From an uncultured Pelagibacteraceae bacterium (GTDB taxonomy: Bacteria > Pseudomonadota > Alphaproteobacteria > Pelagibacterales > Pelagibacteraceae), in assembly GCA_902540595.1 (NCBI GenBank), contig CACBNI010000005.1:5716-69715 (forward strand): DNA of 64,000 nt, written 5' to 3'. Below are positions 47,626 to 60,482 of this stretch, in pieces. The notes under the pieces were generated by a model that had not been told where the DNA came from, made no database searches, and saw only the letters and a list, made by a program, of their open reading frames with translations. Position 1 is the first letter of the stretch. The number at the start of each line of letters is the position of its first letter. Position numbers and translations under genes: made by a program.

Positions 47626-50600
47626 ATGAAAAAAGAATTAACAGATTTATTTAAAAATACTGAGATATCCGAAGCTCAAAATTTTAATAGTATTAAAATT
47701 TCTCTTGCTAGTCCTGAAAAAATTAAATCCTGGACGTATGGTGAAATTAAAAAACCTGAAACAATTAACTATAGAACTTTCAGACCTGAAAAAGATGGTT
47801 TATTTTGTGCGAGAATTTTTGGCCCAATTAAAGATTATGAATGTTTGTGTGGAAAATACAAACGAATGAAATTTAGAGGTATTATTTGTGAGAAATGTGG
47901 TGTTGAAGTTACAAAATCAAATGTAAGAAGAGAAAGAATGGGCCATATAAATCTTGCTACACCAGTAGCACATATATGGTTTTTAAAATCATTACCTAGT
48001 AGAATTGCTCTTGCTGTTGATATGAAGCTTAAAGAAATAGAGAGAGTTCTTTATTTTGAAAATTTTATTGTCATAGAACCTGGTTTAACTGGTCTGCAAA
48101 AAAATCAATTATTAAATGAAGAAGAATTAGCAAAGTATCAAGACGAGTTTGGTGAAGAGTCGTTTAGTGCAGGAATAGGCGCTGAAGCGGTTCTTGAGAT
48201 GCTTAAGAATTTAGATTTAGAACAAGAGAGAAAAAATTTAGTTAATTTTATTAAAGAAACAAAATCTAAAGTTAACGAAGAAAGAGCTATTAAAAGACTA
48301 AAGCTTGTAGAGTCATTTATTGAAACTGGTCAAAAACCAGAGTGGATGATTATGACAGTTGTACCTGTAATTCCACCAGAATTGAGACCACTTGTTCCAT
48401 TAGATGGTGGCAGATTTGCAACTTCCGATCTGAACGATCTTTATAGAAGAGTAATCAACAGAAATAATAGATTAAAAAGATTAATGGATCTTAAAGCTCC
48501 AGATATTATTGTTCGAAACGAAAAAAGAATGCTCCAAGAGTCAGTTGATGCATTATTTGACAACGGACGAAGAGGAAGAGTAATTACTGGTACAGGAAAA
48601 AGACCTCTTAAATCCCTCGCTGAAATGCTTAAAGGTAAGCAAGGCAGATTTAGACAAAACTTATTAGGAAAACGTGTAGATTACTCCGGTAGATCTGTAA
48701 TTGTTGTTGGTCCAGATTTAAAACTTCATGAATGTGGATTACCAAAAAAAATGGCTTTAGAATTATTTAAACCATTTTTGTACGCAAGATTAAACAAACT
48801 AGGTTTAGCCTCAACAATTAAACAGGCCAAAAAACTTGTTGAAAAGGAAACCAACGCAGTTTGGGATGCACTTGAGTTAATTGTTAGAGAACACCCAGTA
48901 TTACTAAATAGAGCACCAACACTTCATAGACTTGGTGTTCAAGCATTTGAACCAAAATTAATTGAGGGAGATGCAATTGAACTTCACCCTCTAACATGTG
49001 CAGCATTTAATGCTGATTTTGATGGCGACCAGATGGCGGTGCACGTACCTTTAAGTTTAGAAGCTCAGTTAGAGGCAAGAATTTTAATGTTATCAACTAA
49101 TAACATTCTTTCACCATCAAATGGTAAACCTATTATCGTTCCAAGTCAGGATATGATCCTAGGGATTTATTATCTTTCCCAGGAGCCAGTTACTGATAAG
49201 CCAGCTGGATACTTTGTTGACTCTGATCAAATCGAATTTGCATTATCTTCTGGTCAAATTAAAGTACATAATACAATTATATCTAGATTTGAAACTGTTG
49301 ATGAAAATGGAAATAAAAAATTTGAAAAATACACTTCTACTGCCGGAAGATTTCTACTAGCAAATTTACTACCAAAAAATAGTAATATAAAATTCTCTTT
49401 AATAGATAGATTGTTGCCTAAAAAAGTAGTTTCAGAAATTATTGATATTGTCTTTAGATTTTGTGGACAAAAAACTACAGTTATATTTTGTGATAAGTTA
49501 AAAGACTTAGGTTTCAAACATGCATTTAAAGCTGGAATATCGTTTGGAAAAGATGATCTGGTAATTCCTGAGAGCAAAACACAACTAATTGATGATACTA
49601 AAAAATTAATTGCTGACTATGAAACACAGTATGCAGAAGGATTAATTACAAGAGGAGAAAAATATAACAAAGTTGTAGATGCCTGGTCTAAATGTACTGA
49701 TAAAGTAGCTGGTGAAATGATGAAGGGTATTTCTGCAACAGAGAAAACATCAGAGGGATTAAAAATTAATTCAGTATTTATGATGGCTGATAGTGGAGCG
49801 AGAGGTTCTGCAGCTCAAATGAAACAATTAGCTGGAATGCGTGGTCTAATTGCAAAACCATCTGGAGAAATTATTGAAAGTCCAATTATCTCTAACTTTA
49901 AAGAAGGTTTAACAGCCTTAGAGTATTTCAATTCAACTCACGGAGCTAGAAAAGGTCTTGCTGATACTGCCCTTAAAACTGCGAGTTCAGGTTATTTAAC
50001 TAGAAGACTTTGTGATGTTGCACAGGACTTAACTATTACAAAAGTTAATTGTGATAATCCAGGATTTATTGAACTTTCGGAGATTTTAGAGGGTGGTAAT
50101 GTTGTTGTTAGTTTATCAGAAAGAGCTTTGGGAAGAGTTACTGCTTCAGATGTTAAAAACCCATTAAGTGGAGATGTAATAATTAAAAAAGAAAAAATGA
50201 TAGATGAAGCTGGCTGTGATAAAATTGATGCAGCTGGTGTAAAATCAATTAAAGTTTATTCAGTGATGACATGTAGTTCAAAAGAAGGTGTTTGTGCAAC
50301 ATGTTATGGTAGAGACTTATCTAGAGGCAAAATGGTTCATGTTGGTGAAGCTATTGGGATGATATCTGCACAATCTATTGGTGAGCCAGGAACTCAATTA
50401 ACTATGAGAACTTTCCATGTTGGTGGTACTGCATCAGTAAAACAAGACTCTCAGATTGTAACTAAGAATGAAGGAACATTAAAAATTTTAAACTCAAATA
50501 TACTAGAGGACTCAAAGAAAAATTTAATTGTTATGGGAAGAAATACTCAACTTTCTATTGAGGATGATAAAGGAGTTCAAATAGCAGTTTACAAAGTAGC

Positions 50601-51798
50601 TTATGGTTCAAGATTATTTTTTAATAATGGAGACAAAGTAAAAGCAAATACTAAAATTTGTGAATGGGATCCATACACAACACCAGTTATAGCTGAGAAA
50701 AGTGGTGAAGCTAGTTTTGTTGATCTGATTGATGGTGTTTCTATTCAAGAAACTACCGATGATGCAACTGGTATATCTTCTAAATCTGTAATTGACTGGA
50801 GAGGCCAATCGAAAAGCACAGACTTAAAACCGAGAATTACCTTAAGAGACGAAAAAGGAAATGTAATTAAAAAAGCTGACGACAATGAAGCCAGATATTA
50901 TCTAGTTCCAGACTCAATTTTATCTATTAAAGACGGTCAAAAAGTTTTTGCAGGAGATGTTATTGCAAGATTACCTAAAGAAACTACTAAAACAAAAGAT
51001 ATTACTGGTGGTCTTCCAAGAGTTGCAGAATTATTTGAAGCAAGAAAAGCAAAAGACAGTGCAATTATTGCTGAAAATGATGGCCAAGTTGTTTTTGGTA
51101 AAGAGGTGAGAGGCAAACAAAGGGTTTCGATAGTACCAGAAGATGGAGCAGAACCTTCAAATTATTTAATACCAAAAGGTAAACATATTAATTTCAATCC
51201 TGGTGAAAGAATTCAAAAAGGCGAGTACCTTCTTGATGGTCAACCTTTACCACATGATATTTTGAGAATTTTAGGAATAAAAGAATTAACTGAATATTTT
51301 GTCAATCAAGTACAAGAGGTTTATAGATTGCAAGGTGTAATCATTAACGATAAACACATTGAAACTATTTTAAGACAAATGTTGAAAAAAGTTGAGGTAA
51401 AAGTATCTGGAGATTCTTCTTATTTACCTGGTGAAATACTTGATAGAATTAAATTTGATAATGCTAACGAAAAACTAGTTGCAGAAGGCAAAGATCCAGC
51501 TGTAGGTGAAAGAGTTTTAATGGGTATTACTAAAGCATCTTTACAAACCGAGTCATTTATTTCCGCGGCATCCTTCCAGGAGACTACAAGAGTATTAACA
51601 GATGCAGCTATTAAGGGTAAAGTTGATCCACTAAATGGTCTAAAGGAGAACGTTATTGTTGGTAGATTAGTGCCCGCTGGGACTGGAAATATTAAAAATA
51701 AATGGAACCAAAAAGCTCTTGAAGACGATAGTAACTTCTTATCTGACCAAGAAAAAATTGAGAGCTCAGAACCATCTGAAACACAGGCTAATCAGTAA
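47626..51798 (+). CDS. rpoC: RNA polymerase beta' subunit
   Basis: NADFDGD, zinc finger, SAASFQET. Confidence 0.99.
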   Translation: MKKELTDLFKNTEISEAQNFNSIKISLASPEKIKSWTYGEIKKPETINYRTFRPEKDGLFCARIFGPIKDYECLCGKYKRMKFRGIICEKCGVEVTKSNVRRERMGHINLATPVAHIWFLKSLPSRIALAVDMKLKEIERVLYFENFIVIEPGLTGLQKNQLLNEEELAKYQDEFGEESFSAGIGAEAVLEMLKNLDLEQERKNLVNFIKETKSKVNEERAIKRLKLVESFIETGQKPEWMIMTVVPVIPPELRPLVPLDGGRFATSDLNDLYRRVINRNNRLKRLMDLKAPDIIVRNEKRMLQESVDALFDNGRRGRVITGTGKRPLKSLAEMLKGKQGRFRQNLLGKRVDYSGRSVIVVGPDLKLHECGLPKKMALELFKPFLYARLNKLGLASTIKQAKKLVEKETNAVWDALELIVREHPVLLNRAPTLHRLGVQAFEPKLIEGDAIELHPLTCAAFNADFDGDQMAVHVPLSLEAQLEARILMLSTNNILSPSNGKPIIVPSQDMILGIYYLSQEPVTDKPAGYFVDSDQIEFALSSGQIKVHNTIISRFETVDENGNKKFEKYTSTAGRFLLANLLPKNSNIKFSLIDRLLPKKVVSEIIDIVFRFCGQKTTVIFCDKLKDLGFKHAFKAGISFGKDDLVIPESKTQLIDDTKKLIADYETQYAEGLITRGEKYNKVVDAWSKCTDKVAGEMMKGISATEKTSEGLKINSVFMMADSGARGSAAQMKQLAGMRGLIAKPSGEIIESPIISNFKEGLTALEYFNSTHGARKGLADTALKTASSGYLTRRLCDVAQDLTITKVNCDNPGFIELSEILEGGNVVVSLSERALGRVTASDVKNPLSGDVIIKKEKMIDEAGCDKIDAAGVKSIKVYSVMTCSSKEGVCATCYGRDLSRGKMVHVGEAIGMISAQSIGEPGTQLTMRTFHVGGTASVKQDSQIVTKNEGTLKILNSNILEDSKKNLIVMGRNTQLSIEDDKGVQIAVYKVAYGSRLFFNNGDKVKANTKICEWDPYTTPVIAEKSGEASFVDLIDGVSIQETTDDATGISSKSVIDWRGQSKSTDLKPRITLRDEKGNVIKKADDNEARYYLVPDSILSIKDGQKVFAGDVIARLPKETTKTKDITGGLPRVAELFEARKAKDSAIIAENDGQVVFGKEVRGKQRVSIVPEDGAEPSNYLIPKGKHINFNPGERIQKGEYLLDGQPLPHDILRILGIKELTEYFVNQVQEVYRLQGVIINDKHIETILRQMLKKVEVKVSGDSSYLPGEILDRIKFDNANEKLVAEGKDPAVGERVLMGITKASLQTESFISAASFQETTRVLTDAAIKGKVDPLNGLKENVIVGRLVPAGTGNIKNKWNQKALEDDSNFLSDQEKIESSEPSETQANQ

Positions 51799-51854
51799 AA
51801 AAATCGCTTAATACTTGAACATTTAGTTTGACAATACCCAATTAATAAGTAATT

Positions 51855-51907
51855 TGGCGGTGTTTTTGGTTGGAATGTAGTGCTTCTAACAGTGCTAAAC
51901 GCTGCCA
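51855..51907 (+). promoter_or_regulatory. Structured rpsL 5' leader, preceded by TTGACA at 51828
   Basis: GC-rich stem TGGCGGTGTTT/AAACGCTGCCA enclosing GTTGGAA/TTCTAAC. Confidence 0.7.
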
Positions 51908-51965
51908 CAAAATAACCTGTCAGTTATTTTCATCTAAAAATAAATTAAAAAATTTAAAAAAACTT

Positions 51966-52337
51966 ATGCCTACAATTAACCAATTGTTAAGAAAAAAAAG
52001 AGTTAAACAAGTATCGAGGAACAAAGTTCCTGCTTTACAAAAACAACCTTTAAAAAGAGGTGTTTGTGTTAAAGTTTATACGACCACACCAAAGAAACCC
52101 AATTCAGCTTTAAGAAAAGTTGCAAGAGTAAGACTATCAAATGGTTTTGAAGTTACAGCTTATATTCCTGGTGAAGGTCACAATCTACAAGAACACTCAG
52201 TGGTTCTGATAAGAGGTGGTAGGGTAAAAGATTTACCAGGTGTCAGGTATCATATTCTTAGAGGTAATCTCGATACCCAAGGCGTTGCTAACAGAAAACA
52301 AAGAAGATCTTTGTATGGAACAAAAAAAGGTAAGTAA
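51966..52337 (+). CDS. rpsL: 30S ribosomal protein S12
   Basis: MPTINQL start, [15 protein letters not shown]. Confidence 0.99.
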   Translation: MPTINQLLRKKRVKQVSRNKVPALQKQPLKRGVCVKVYTTTPKKPNSALRKVARVRLSNGFEVTAYIPGEGHNLQEHSVVLIRGGRVKDLPGVRYHILRGNLDTQGVANRKQRRSLYGTKKGK

Positions 52338-52807
52338 TGTCTAGAAAAAAAACACAACCTAAAAAAAATGTTGTTCCAGATCCAAAATTTAACTCAACAA
52401 TAATTCCAAAATTAATAAATAATATTATGTACGATGGCAAAAGAGGTGTTGCTGCAAAAATTGTTTATGATGCAATCGACAAAATAAAAACGAAAAGCAA
52501 AGACGAGCCAATTAATATTTTTAATGAAGCTATCAATAATATTAAGCCAACAGTAGAAGTTAGATCAAGAAGAGTTGGTGGTGCAACTTATCAAGTTCCT
52601 GTTGAGGTTAAAAGTAAAAGAGCACAAGCTCTAGCAATTAGATGGTTAGTAGACTCAGCAAGAAAAAGAAAAGATAAACATATGTCAGATAAAATTTTTA
52701 ATGAACTTTACGATGCATATGAAAAAAAAGGTGCTGCAGTTAAAAAAAGAGAGGATGTTCATAAAATGGCAGAGTCTAATAAGGCTTTTGCTCATTTTAG
52801 ATGGTAA
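52337..52807 (+). CDS. rpsG: 30S ribosomal protein S7
   Basis: RRVGGATYQVP, NKAFAHFRW. Confidence 0.99.
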   Translation: MSRKKTQPKKNVVPDPKFNSTIIPKLINNIMYDGKRGVAAKIVYDAIDKIKTKSKDEPINIFNEAINNIKPTVEVRSRRVGGATYQVPVEVKSKRAQALAIRWLVDSARKRKDKHMSDKIFNELYDAYEKKGAAVKKREDVHKMAESNKAFAHFRW

Positions 52808-52813
52808 AAAATT

Positions 52814-54892
52814 ATGGCTAGAACTCATACTTTAGATAAATATAGAAATATTGGGATCATGGCTCATATAGATGCTGGTAAAACAACTACCACAGAAAGA
52901 GTTTTATATTACACAGGAAAAAGTCACAAAATCGGAGAAGTTCATGATGGAGCTGCAACAATGGATTGGATGGAACAAGAGCAAGAAAGAGGAATTACAA
53001 TTACATCAGCAGCAACAACTTGTTTTTGGAATGATCATAGAATTAATATAATTGACACCCCAGGTCACGTAGATTTCACAATTGAAGTTGAAAGATCACT
53101 TAAGGTATTAGATGGAGCTGTTGCAGTATTTGATGGTGTAGCAGGTGTAGAACCACAATCTGAAACTGTATGGAGACAAGCAGATAAATATAAAGTTCCT
53201 CGAATTTGTTTTGTTAATAAATTAGACAGAACTGGTGCAGATTTCTTTAGATGTGTCGACATGATCAGAGATAGATTAGGGGCAAAACCTTTGGTTCTTC
53301 AAGTTCCTATAGGTGCAGAAGCCTCTTTAATGGGGGTTGTTGATCTAGTCAAAATGAAAGCACAAGTATGGAAAAACGAGGCTCTAGGAGCAGAGTGGGA
53401 ATATAAAGATATCCCAGAAGATCTAAAAGAAATTTGTGAAAAATATAGAACAGAATTAGTTGAAACAGCAGTTGAGCAAGATGAAAAGCTCATGGAAGCT
53501 TATTTAAATGGAGATGAAATCAAAGAAGAAGATTTAATTAAATGCATAAGAAGTGGAACTTTAAATTTTAGTTTTGTACCAGTTTTAACTGGTTCAGCTT
53601 TTAAAAATAAAGGTGTGCAGCCTTTACTTGACGCTGTTGTACATTATTTACCAAGTCCTGTTGATATTGGCTCTATTAAAGGAACAAAATTAGGGTCTGA
53701 AGATGAGATGGAAATGAAATTTGATGACAATGTTCCATTTTCAGCTTTAGCTTTTAAAGTTGCTAACGATCCATTTGTTGGTTCTTTAACTTTTATAAGA
53801 ATTTATTCAGGAACAGTTAAAACTGGAACTGCTGTATTTAATTCATCAAAAGAAAAAGAAGAGAGAGTTGGGAGAATGCTATTAATGCATGCTAACTCTA
53901 GAGAAGATATTAAAGAAGCTAATGCAGGAGATATAGTTGCTTTAGCTGGACTAAAAAATACTATTACAGGTCATACTTTATGTGATGAAGAAAATTCTGT
54001 TTTACTTGAGCCTATGGAATTTCCTGACCCTGTTATTGAAATTGCAGTAGAGCCAAAAACAAAAGCTGACCAAGAAAAAATGGGTGAAGCTTTAGGTAGA
54101 TTAGCAAAAGAGGATCCATCCTTTAGAGTTACCTCTGACGAAGAGTCTGGTCAAACGATCATTAAAGGAATGGGTGAGTTACACTTAGACATTATTGTTG
54201 ATAGAATGAAAAGAGAATTTAAAGTTGAAGCTAATGTAGGTGCACCACAAGTTGCTTATAGAGAGACAATTGAAACAGCTTCTGAAGTAGAATACACTCA
54301 CAAAAAACAAAGTGGTGGAGCCGGACAATTTGCTAAAGTTAAATTGTTAGTTGAGCCACAAGAGGCTGGCAAAGGTAGAGAAGTTGAAAGTAAAATCAAA
54401 GGTGGAGCAATTCCTAAAGAATTTATACCTGGTGTAGAAAAAGGAATTGAAACTATATCAGATGGTGGAATTCTAGCTGGTTTCCCAATGATAGATTACA
54501 AAGTAACTATTTTAGATGGACTTCATCACGATGTTGACTCAAGTGTTTTAGCTTTTGAATTAGCAAGTAGAGCTTGCTTTAAAGAAGCGTGTACAAAAGG
54601 TGGTTTGAAGCTATTAGAACCAGTTATGAGAGTAGAGGTAGTAACTCCAGAAGATTATATGGGTGATGTAATAGGAGATCTTAACAGTAGAAGAGGTCAA
54701 ATTAGTACCCAAGAGCAAAGAGGAAACGCAACTGTAATTACAGCCATGGTGCCTCTAGCGAATATGTTTGGATACATTAATAATTTAAGATCAATGTCAC
54801 AAGGCAGAGCTCAATATTCTATGTTTTTTGATCATTATTCTAAAGTCCCACAAAATGTTCAGGACGAAGTAACTAAAAAGATTGCAGGGTAA
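52814..54892 (+). CDS. fusA: Elongation factor G
   Basis: [24 protein letters not shown]. Confidence 0.99.
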   Translation: MARTHTLDKYRNIGIMAHIDAGKTTTTERVLYYTGKSHKIGEVHDGAATMDWMEQEQERGITITSAATTCFWNDHRINIIDTPGHVDFTIEVERSLKVLDGAVAVFDGVAGVEPQSETVWRQADKYKVPRICFVNKLDRTGADFFRCVDMIRDRLGAKPLVLQVPIGAEASLMGVVDLVKMKAQVWKNEALGAEWEYKDIPEDLKEICEKYRTELVETAVEQDEKLMEAYLNGDEIKEEDLIKCIRSGTLNFSFVPVLTGSAFKNKGVQPLLDAVVHYLPSPVDIGSIKGTKLGSEDEMEMKFDDNVPFSALAFKVANDPFVGSLTFIRIYSGTVKTGTAVFNSSKEKEERVGRMLLMHANSREDIKEANAGDIVALAGLKNTITGHTLCDEENSVLLEPMEFPDPVIEIAVEPKTKADQEKMGEALGRLAKEDPSFRVTSDEESGQTIIKGMGELHLDIIVDRMKREFKVEANVGAPQVAYRETIETASEVEYTHKKQSGGAGQFAKVKLLVEPQEAGKGREVESKIKGGAIPKEFIPGVEKGIETISDGGILAGFPMIDYKVTILDGLHHDVDSSVLAFELASRACFKEACTKGGLKLLEPVMRVEVVTPEDYMGDVIGDLNSRRGQISTQEQRGNATVITAMVPLANMFGYINNLRSMSQGRAQYSMFFDHYSKVPQNVQDEVTKKIAG

Positions 54893-54894
54893 TT

Positions 54895-55203
54895 ATGGAA
54901 AAACAGAATATAAGAATTAAACTTAGAGCCTACGACAACAAAGTATTAGATGCATCAACAGAGGAAATAGTAAATACAGTAAAAAGAACTGGTGCAACAA
55001 TTAAGGGACCAATACCTCTACCCACAAGAATTGAAAGATATACTGTACTAAGATCACCTCATATTGATAAAAAAAGTAGAGAACAATTTGAGACCAGAAC
55101 ACACAAAAGATTGATAGATATAATTGAACCAACACCTCAAACAGTAGAAGCATTAATGAAATTAGACTTAGCTTCCGGTGTGGATGTGGAAATAAAAATT
55201 TAA
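54895..55203 (+). CDS. rpsJ: 30S ribosomal protein S10
   Basis: GPIPLPT, SREQFE. Confidence 0.99.
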   Translation: MEKQNIRIKLRAYDNKVLDASTEEIVNTVKRTGATIKGPIPLPTRIERYTVLRSPHIDKKSREQFETRTHKRLIDIIEPTPQTVEALMKLDLASGVDVEIKI

Positions 55204-55205
55204 TT

Positions 55206-55916
55206 ATGAGTGAAATAGCTTTAATAGGTAAAAAAATTGGAATGACTAGAGAATTTTACAAAACTGGTCAGATAGTTCCCGTCACTGTCTTGAAAGTAGA
55301 GAAAGCCAGAGTAATTCAAGTTATTGAAGAAGAAAACCGTGGATATAAAGCAGTGCAACTTGGTTATGGTAAGATTAAAAATTCGAAGCTAACAAAAGCA
55401 ATGAAAGGTTTTTTTGCTAAAAAAAACACTGAAGCAAAAAAAAAATTAAAAGAATTTAGAGTAAATGATACCTCTGCATATAAAGAGGGCAATGAGTTTG
55501 GTTTGGAAATTTTTAAAGATACTAAATTTGTAGACACAAGATCAAAAACTATTGGTAAAGGTTTTGCAGGTGCTATGAAAAGACACAACTTTGGTGGCTT
55601 AAGAGCTAGTCACGGAGTATCTGTCTCTCACAGAGCACATGGTTCAACAGGTCATAGCCAAGATCCAGGAAAAGTTTTCAAAGGTAAGAAAATGGCAGGT
55701 CATATGGGTGACAAATTAAGAACTATGCAAAATATTGAGATTATTAAAACAGACTTAGAAAATGAATTACTTTACCTAAAAGGATCAATACCAGGTTCAA
55801 AAAATACTGAAGTGTTAGTTAAAGGTTCAGTTAAAAATATTAGTAAAATGACAATTGCAGAAAAATTAGCTGCAGCTGAACAAGCAAAGAAAACACCTGA
55901 TAAGAAGAAAAAATAA
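55206..55916 (+). CDS. rplC: 50S ribosomal protein L3
   Basis: GKKIGMT, GKGFAG, KKMAGHMG. Confidence 0.98.
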   Translation: MSEIALIGKKIGMTREFYKTGQIVPVTVLKVEKARVIQVIEEENRGYKAVQLGYGKIKNSKLTKAMKGFFAKKNTEAKKKLKEFRVNDTSAYKEGNEFGLEIFKDTKFVDTRSKTIGKGFAGAMKRHNFGGLRASHGVSVSHRAHGSTGHSQDPGKVFKGKKMAGHMGDKLRTMQNIEIIKTDLENELLYLKGSIPGSKNTEVLVKGSVKNISKMTIAEKLAAAEQAKKTPDKKKK

Positions 55917-56539
55917 TGAAATTAGATAAAATTAGCATTGATGGAAAAAAAGACAGTATTGAGGTCTTGGATAAAATTTTTTCAGCAAAAGTAAATAACA
56001 AACTTGTTAGCAGTGTACTTTATAAAACAAACGCAAATTATAAAGGTAGACATGCAAAGACAAAGCAACAAAACGAAGTTAGAGGTCCAACTTCTAAAAT
56101 TTATGCTCAAAAAGGAACTGGTGGAGCTAGGCACGCAAGTAGAAAAGCTCCAATTTTTGTAGGAGGTGGTATAGCACACGGACCAAAAGGTGAATTAGCC
56201 TACAAAAAGAGAAAATTAAATAAAAATGAAAAAAAATTGAGTGTTGCTTCATTAATCACTGAAAAAAATAATAATAAAAACTTATTAATTTTAAATGATT
56301 TTAGTTCTGAGATTAAGAAAACTAAAGAAATGAATTCAATTATTAATAAACTAGAAATTTCAAACTCACTATTGATACTAGATAAAAATTCTAAAGAAAA
56401 AATAGAAAAATCTGCAAGAAATATTCCTAATGTTAAGGTTACAGATGTTAATCATTTTAGCGCTTACGATATTATTAAATTTAAAAAAGTTGTATTTACA
56501 GAGAGTTCAGTAAAAGAACTAGAAAAGAGATATTCTTAA
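55916..56539 (+). CDS. rplD: 50S ribosomal protein L4
   Basis: QKGTGGARH, GGGIAHGPK. Confidence 0.97.
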   Translation: MKLDKISIDGKKDSIEVLDKIFSAKVNNKLVSSVLYKTNANYKGRHAKTKQQNEVRGPTSKIYAQKGTGGARHASRKAPIFVGGGIAHGPKGELAYKKRKLNKNEKKLSVASLITEKNNNKNLLILNDFSSEIKKTKEMNSIINKLEISNSLLILDKNSKEKIEKSARNIPNVKVTDVNHFSAYDIIKFKKVVFTESSVKELEKRYS

Positions 56540-56833
56540 ATGGATAAAATACATTTATACGATAAAATTCTTTCACCGGTTGTAACTGAGAAATCAACAA
56601 ATTTGTCCGAATTGAATAAAATTACATTTAAAGTACCTGAGGGTGCTAATAAAAAAAATCTTAAAAAAAATATTGAAAAAATTTTTAAAGTAAATGTTAC
56701 TAAGATTAACATCATCAATAAACAGAATAGAATTAAAATCACTAGAGGAAAAAAAGTAAAAGTCTCAGGATATAAAAAAGCAATAATTACACTTAAAAAA
56801 GGTCAAAGTATTGATCTAACAACAGGAATTTAA
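56540..56833 (+). CDS. rplW: 50S ribosomal protein L23
   Basis: PVVTEKS, KKAIITL. Confidence 0.97.
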   Translation: MDKIHLYDKILSPVVTEKSTNLSELNKITFKVPEGANKKNLKKNIEKIFKVNVTKINIINKQNRIKITRGKKVKVSGYKKAIITLKKGQSIDLTTGI

Positions 56834-56836
56834 TAA

Positions 56837-57676
56837 ATGGCATTAAAAACTTTCAAACCTTACACAAAATCTACTAGAGGCACTATTTTAGTTGATAGAA
56901 CTGAATTATGGAAAGGTAAACCATTTAAATCTCTTGTGTCTCCCAAAAACTCCATGAAGGGTAGAAATAATAACGGTCACATTACTTCAATAAATAGAGC
57001 AGGTGGTCATAAGAAAATGTATAGACAAGTTGATTTTTATAGAAAGAAATTTGACATGGAAGCTACAGTTGAAAGAGTAGAATATGATCCAAACAGATCA
57101 TGCTATATTATGTTGGTCAAATTTGAAGATGGAACTAATTCGTATTTTCTTGCACCTCAAAAAATAAATATAGGTGACAAAATTGAAAGTGGATCAAAAA
57201 AAGAGATTAAAATTGGTAATTGTATGCCATTGCAAGATATTCCAGTTGGTATCAATATTCATAATGTTGAAATTCAGCCTGGTGGTGGTGGAAAAATTGC
57301 TAGATCTGCAGGTTCTTCTGTAACAATAAGTGGATTGGATGGAAATTACAGTTTGATTAAACTTGCTTCAGGTGAAGTAAGAAAAATTGATTCAAGAGCC
57401 TTAGCTACAATAGGAATTTTAAGTAATCCAGATCAAAAAAATATTAAAATTGGAAAAGCAGGTAGATCAAGATGGCTAGGGAGAAGACCGCATACAAGAG
57501 GTGTTGTTAAAAACCCTGTGGATCACCCTCATGGAGGAGGTGAAGGTAAATCTGCTGGTGGAAGACATCCTGTTTCACCTACTGGTCAATCAGCAAAAGG
57601 ATTAAAAACAAGAGATAATAAGAGAACAGATAAATTTATAATCAAGAGAAGAAACAAAAGGAAGGATACTAAATAA
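56837..57676 (+). CDS. rplB: 50S ribosomal protein L2
   Basis: [19 protein letters not shown]. Confidence 0.99.
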   Translation: MALKTFKPYTKSTRGTILVDRTELWKGKPFKSLVSPKNSMKGRNNNGHITSINRAGGHKKMYRQVDFYRKKFDMEATVERVEYDPNRSCYIMLVKFEDGTNSYFLAPQKINIGDKIESGSKKEIKIGNCMPLQDIPVGINIHNVEIQPGGGGKIARSAGSSVTISGLDGNYSLIKLASGEVRKIDSRALATIGILSNPDQKNIKIGKAGRSRWLGRRPHTRGVVKNPVDHPHGGGEGKSAGGRHPVSPTGQSAKGLKTRDNKRTDKFIIKRRNKRKDTK

Positions 57677-57972
57677 TGGCTAGAGCAGTTTGGAAGGGAC
57701 CTTTTGTAGAAGAAAGTTTAATGAAGAAAGTTGACAAATATAAAGATGACCCAAAAAAAATTCCTATCAAAACATGGTCAAGAAAATCAACTATTTTACC
57801 TGACTTTGTCGGAGTTAGCTTCCAAATTTATAATGGAAAAAAATTTATACCAATTACAATATCAGAAGATATGGTTGGACATAAGTTAGGTGAGTTTGCA
57901 CCAACAAGAACATTTTTTGGTCATACACCTGCAGATAAAAAAGCTAAACCTGCTACGGCAGATAAGAAATAA
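57676..57972 (+). CDS. rpsS: 30S ribosomal protein S19
   Basis: [14 protein letters not shown]. Confidence 0.98.
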   Translation: MARAVWKGPFVEESLMKKVDKYKDDPKKIPIKTWSRKSTILPDFVGVSFQIYNGKKFIPITISEDMVGHKLGEFAPTRTFFGHTPADKKAKPATADKK

Positions 57973-57974
57973 TT

Positions 57975-58373
57975 ATGGGAAAAAAAAAGAAAATTGAAAA
58001 GAATAACGATAAGACTGTAAAGTCTATCAATAACGGCGTTAGATCAAGTGTCAGAAAACTTAATCCAATACTAAAAAGTATAGTTGGAAAAAAAGTTGAT
58101 GTAGCAATCAGAGATTTACAGTTTTCTGAAAAAAGAATTACAAGAGATATTAGAAAAACAATCAGCTCAGCAGTTGCAAACGCAGAAAATAACTTTCAGT
58201 ATGACATTGACAATCTAGTTGTTAAGGAAGCATATTGTGGAAAAAAAATTGTTATGAAAAGATTTAGACCTCGTGCAAAAGGGAGAGCAGCTCCAATTTT
58301 GAAACCTTGGTCTTCAGTTACAATAATTTTATCAGAAACAAAACAAATGGAGAAGCATGGGTCAAAAAGTTAA
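57975..58373 (+). CDS. rplV: 50S ribosomal protein L22
   Basis: SAVANAE, RPRAKGRA. Confidence 0.97.
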   Translation: MGKKKKIEKNNDKTVKSINNGVRSSVRKLNPILKSIVGKKVDVAIRDLQFSEKRITRDIRKTISSAVANAENNFQYDIDNLVVKEAYCGKKIVMKRFRPRAKGRAAPILKPWSSVTIILSETKQMEKHGSKS

Positions 58374-59037
58374 TCCTGTAGGTTTTAGATTGGGTGTAAA
58401 CAGGGGCTGGGACTCTGTTTGGTACGCTAAGAAAAAAGATTTTGGTAACTACTTAATTGAAGATTTTAAAATCCGTGAATATATAAAAAAAAATGTTATC
58501 AATTCAGGTGTGTCCAAAGTTATGATTGAACGAACATCTAACAAGTGTTACGTGACTATCTATACTTCTAGACCTGGTTTTGTGATTGGTAAAAAGGGAA
58601 GTGATATTGATAAAATAAAAAACAATCTGTCAAAATTCACTAAGAACGAAGTAAATTTAAATATTAAAGAAGTAAAAAAACCCGAGACCAATGCTTATTT
58701 AGTTGCAGAGAATATTGCACAACAGCTAGTGAAAAGAATTTCATATAGAAGAGCAATGAAAAGAGCTATGCAATCGTGTGTTAGACTAGGTGCAAAAGGT
58801 ATAAAAGTTTCTGTCAGCGGAAGACTAGGTGGAAATGAAATTGCTAGAACTGAATGGTTAAGGGATGGAAGCATTCCTTCACACACATTAAGAGCAGATA
58901 TTGATTACGCTGAAGCAGAAGCGCTAACTACTTATGGAATAATTGGAATCAAAGTTTGGATTTACAAAGGTGAGGTTTTTGCAAGAGAATTTAGCCAAGA
59001 AACGAATAAAGCAATACCACAAGAGGGCAAACAGTAA
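58357..59037 (+). CDS. rpsC: 30S ribosomal protein S3
   Basis: [21 protein letters not shown]. Confidence 0.98.
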   Translation: MGQKVNPVGFRLGVNRGWDSVWYAKKKDFGNYLIEDFKIREYIKKNVINSGVSKVMIERTSNKCYVTIYTSRPGFVIGKKGSDIDKIKNNLSKFTKNEVNLNIKEVKKPETNAYLVAENIAQQLVKRISYRRAMKRAMQSCVRLGAKGIKVSVSGRLGGNEIARTEWLRDGSIPSHTLRADIDYAEAEALTTYGIIGIKVWIYKGEVFAREFSQETNKAIPQEGKQ

Positions 59038-59447
59038 TGCTACAACCAGTTAGAACTAAGTGGAGAAAAGCTCATAAAGGTAGAATTCATGGTACCGCTA
59101 TAAGAGCAAGTACCATTAATTATGGAGCTTATGCCTTAAAAGCTTTACAGCCGGAAAGAATAACCGGAAAACAAATTGAAGCTGCTAGAGTTGCACTAAC
59201 AAGACACATGAAAAGACAAGGTAGAGTTTGGACAAGGATTTTTCCTAATATACCCGTTTCCAAAAAACCAATTGAGGTCAGAATGGGTAAAGGAAAAGGA
59301 TCTCCAGAGTATTTTGCTTGTAGAGTTAAACCAGGTAGAATTTTATTTGAGGTTGATGGTGTTTCAGAACAAATAGCAAAAGAGGCTCTATATAAAGCTT
59401 CTGCAAAATTACCAATTAAAACAAAAACAATTAAGAGATTTGTATAA
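59037..59447 (+). CDS. rplP: 50S ribosomal protein L16
   Basis: QIEAAR, RMGKGKG. Confidence 0.98.
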   Translation: MLQPVRTKWRKAHKGRIHGTAIRASTINYGAYALKALQPERITGKQIEAARVALTRHMKRQGRVWTRIFPNIPVSKKPIEVRMGKGKGSPEYFACRVKPGRILFEVDGVSEQIAKEALYKASAKLPIKTKTIKRFV

Positions 59448-59638
59448 TGAAAAAGCAAGAAATTAAAAAATTATCAAAGGATGAAGTTTTGAAGAATATT
59501 GAGAAACTTAAAAAAGATCTTTTTAATTTTAGATTTCAGAAAATGAATTCACAAATAACAAACCCAGCTAAAATTGGAGAAACAAGAAAAACAATAGCGA
59601 GATTAAAAACTATATTAAAAGGAAAAATAAATGCCTAA
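59447..59638 (+). CDS. rpmC: 50S ribosomal protein L29
   Basis: LFNFRFQ, IARLKT; synteny. Confidence 0.96.
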   Translation: MKKQEIKKLSKDEVLKNIEKLKKDLFNFRFQKMNSQITNPAKIGETRKTIARLKTILKGKINA

Positions 59639-59867
59639 AAAAATACTAACAGGTGTAGTTATAAGTGATAAGCCAAACAAAACGGTGACTGTAATGGTTG
59701 AACGAAAGTATTCACATCCTGTTCTTAAAAAAGTAATTAGGGTTAGAAAAAATTATAATGCCCATGATGAAAACAATAAATTCAAAACAGGTGATAAAGT
59801 ATCAATAATTGAAAGTAAGCCTTTTTCAAAAAATAAAAAATTTCAAGTTATGGAGAATACAAAATAA
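59631..59867 (+). CDS. rpsQ: 30S ribosomal protein S17
   Basis: SDK..KTV, HP, AHDE, GD.V.I. Confidence 0.97.
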   Translation: MPKKILTGVVISDKPNKTVTVMVERKYSHPVLKKVIRVRKNYNAHDENNKFKTGDKVSIIESKPFSKNKKFQVMENTK

Positions 59868-60235
59868 TGATTGGTGTACAAACAGAATTACAAGTAGCTG
59901 ATAATACTGGTGCAAAAAGAATAGAGTGCATCAAAGTTCTTGGTGGATCTAAAAGAAGATATGCAAGTATCGGAGATACAATTGTTATTGCTGTTAAAGA
60001 AGCTATACCTAAAGGTAAAGTCAAAAAAGGAACAGTTCATAAGGCAGTTGTTGTTAGAGTTAAAAAAGGAATTCATAGAAATGATGGTTCAAAAGTAAAA
60101 TTTGATAATAATGCAGCAGTTTTAGTAGATGACAAAGGTGAACCAGTTGGTACTAGAATTTTTGGGCCTGTCACAAGAGAATTAAGAAGCAGAGGCCAAA
60201 TGAAGATAATTTCATTAGCTCCGGAGGTTTTATAA
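59867..60235 (+). CDS. rplN: 50S ribosomal protein L14
   Basis: [22 protein letters not shown]. Confidence 0.99.
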   Translation: MIGVQTELQVADNTGAKRIECIKVLGGSKRRYASIGDTIVIAVKEAIPKGKVKKGTVHKAVVVRVKKGIHRNDGSKVKFDNNAAVLVDDKGEPVGTRIFGPVTRELRSRGQMKIISLAPEVL

Positions 60236-60236
60236 A

Positions 60237-60482
60237 ATGATTAAAAAAGGTTTAAAAGTTAGAGTTTTAACTGGTAAAGATAGAAAAAAAGAGGGTGAAG
60301 TCATAGAAATTGATAGAGCAAATAATAGAGCAAAAGTAAAAGAAATTAATATGGTTAAAAAACATGTTAAGACAACTAAAGAGAAAAAAGGTGGTATTTT
60401 TCCAAAAGAGAGTTTTATTCATTTATCTAACTTAAAATTAATTGATGAAAAAGTTGCAAAAAAAAAAGAGGCTAAAAAATAA
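60237..60482 (+). CDS. rplX: 50S ribosomal protein L24 (short, 81 aa)
   Basis: KOW motif V.VLTGKD, KKHVK, IHLSNL. Confidence 0.93.
   Translation: MIKKGLKVRVLTGKDRKKEGEVIEIDRANNRAKVKEINMVKKHVKTTKEKKGGIFPKESFIHLSNLKLIDEKVAKKKEAKK

Noticed and set aside
51870-51965. N-terminal extension of S12 from a TTG start
   Set aside because: It overlaps the leader hairpin; the conserved start is MPTINQ at 51966
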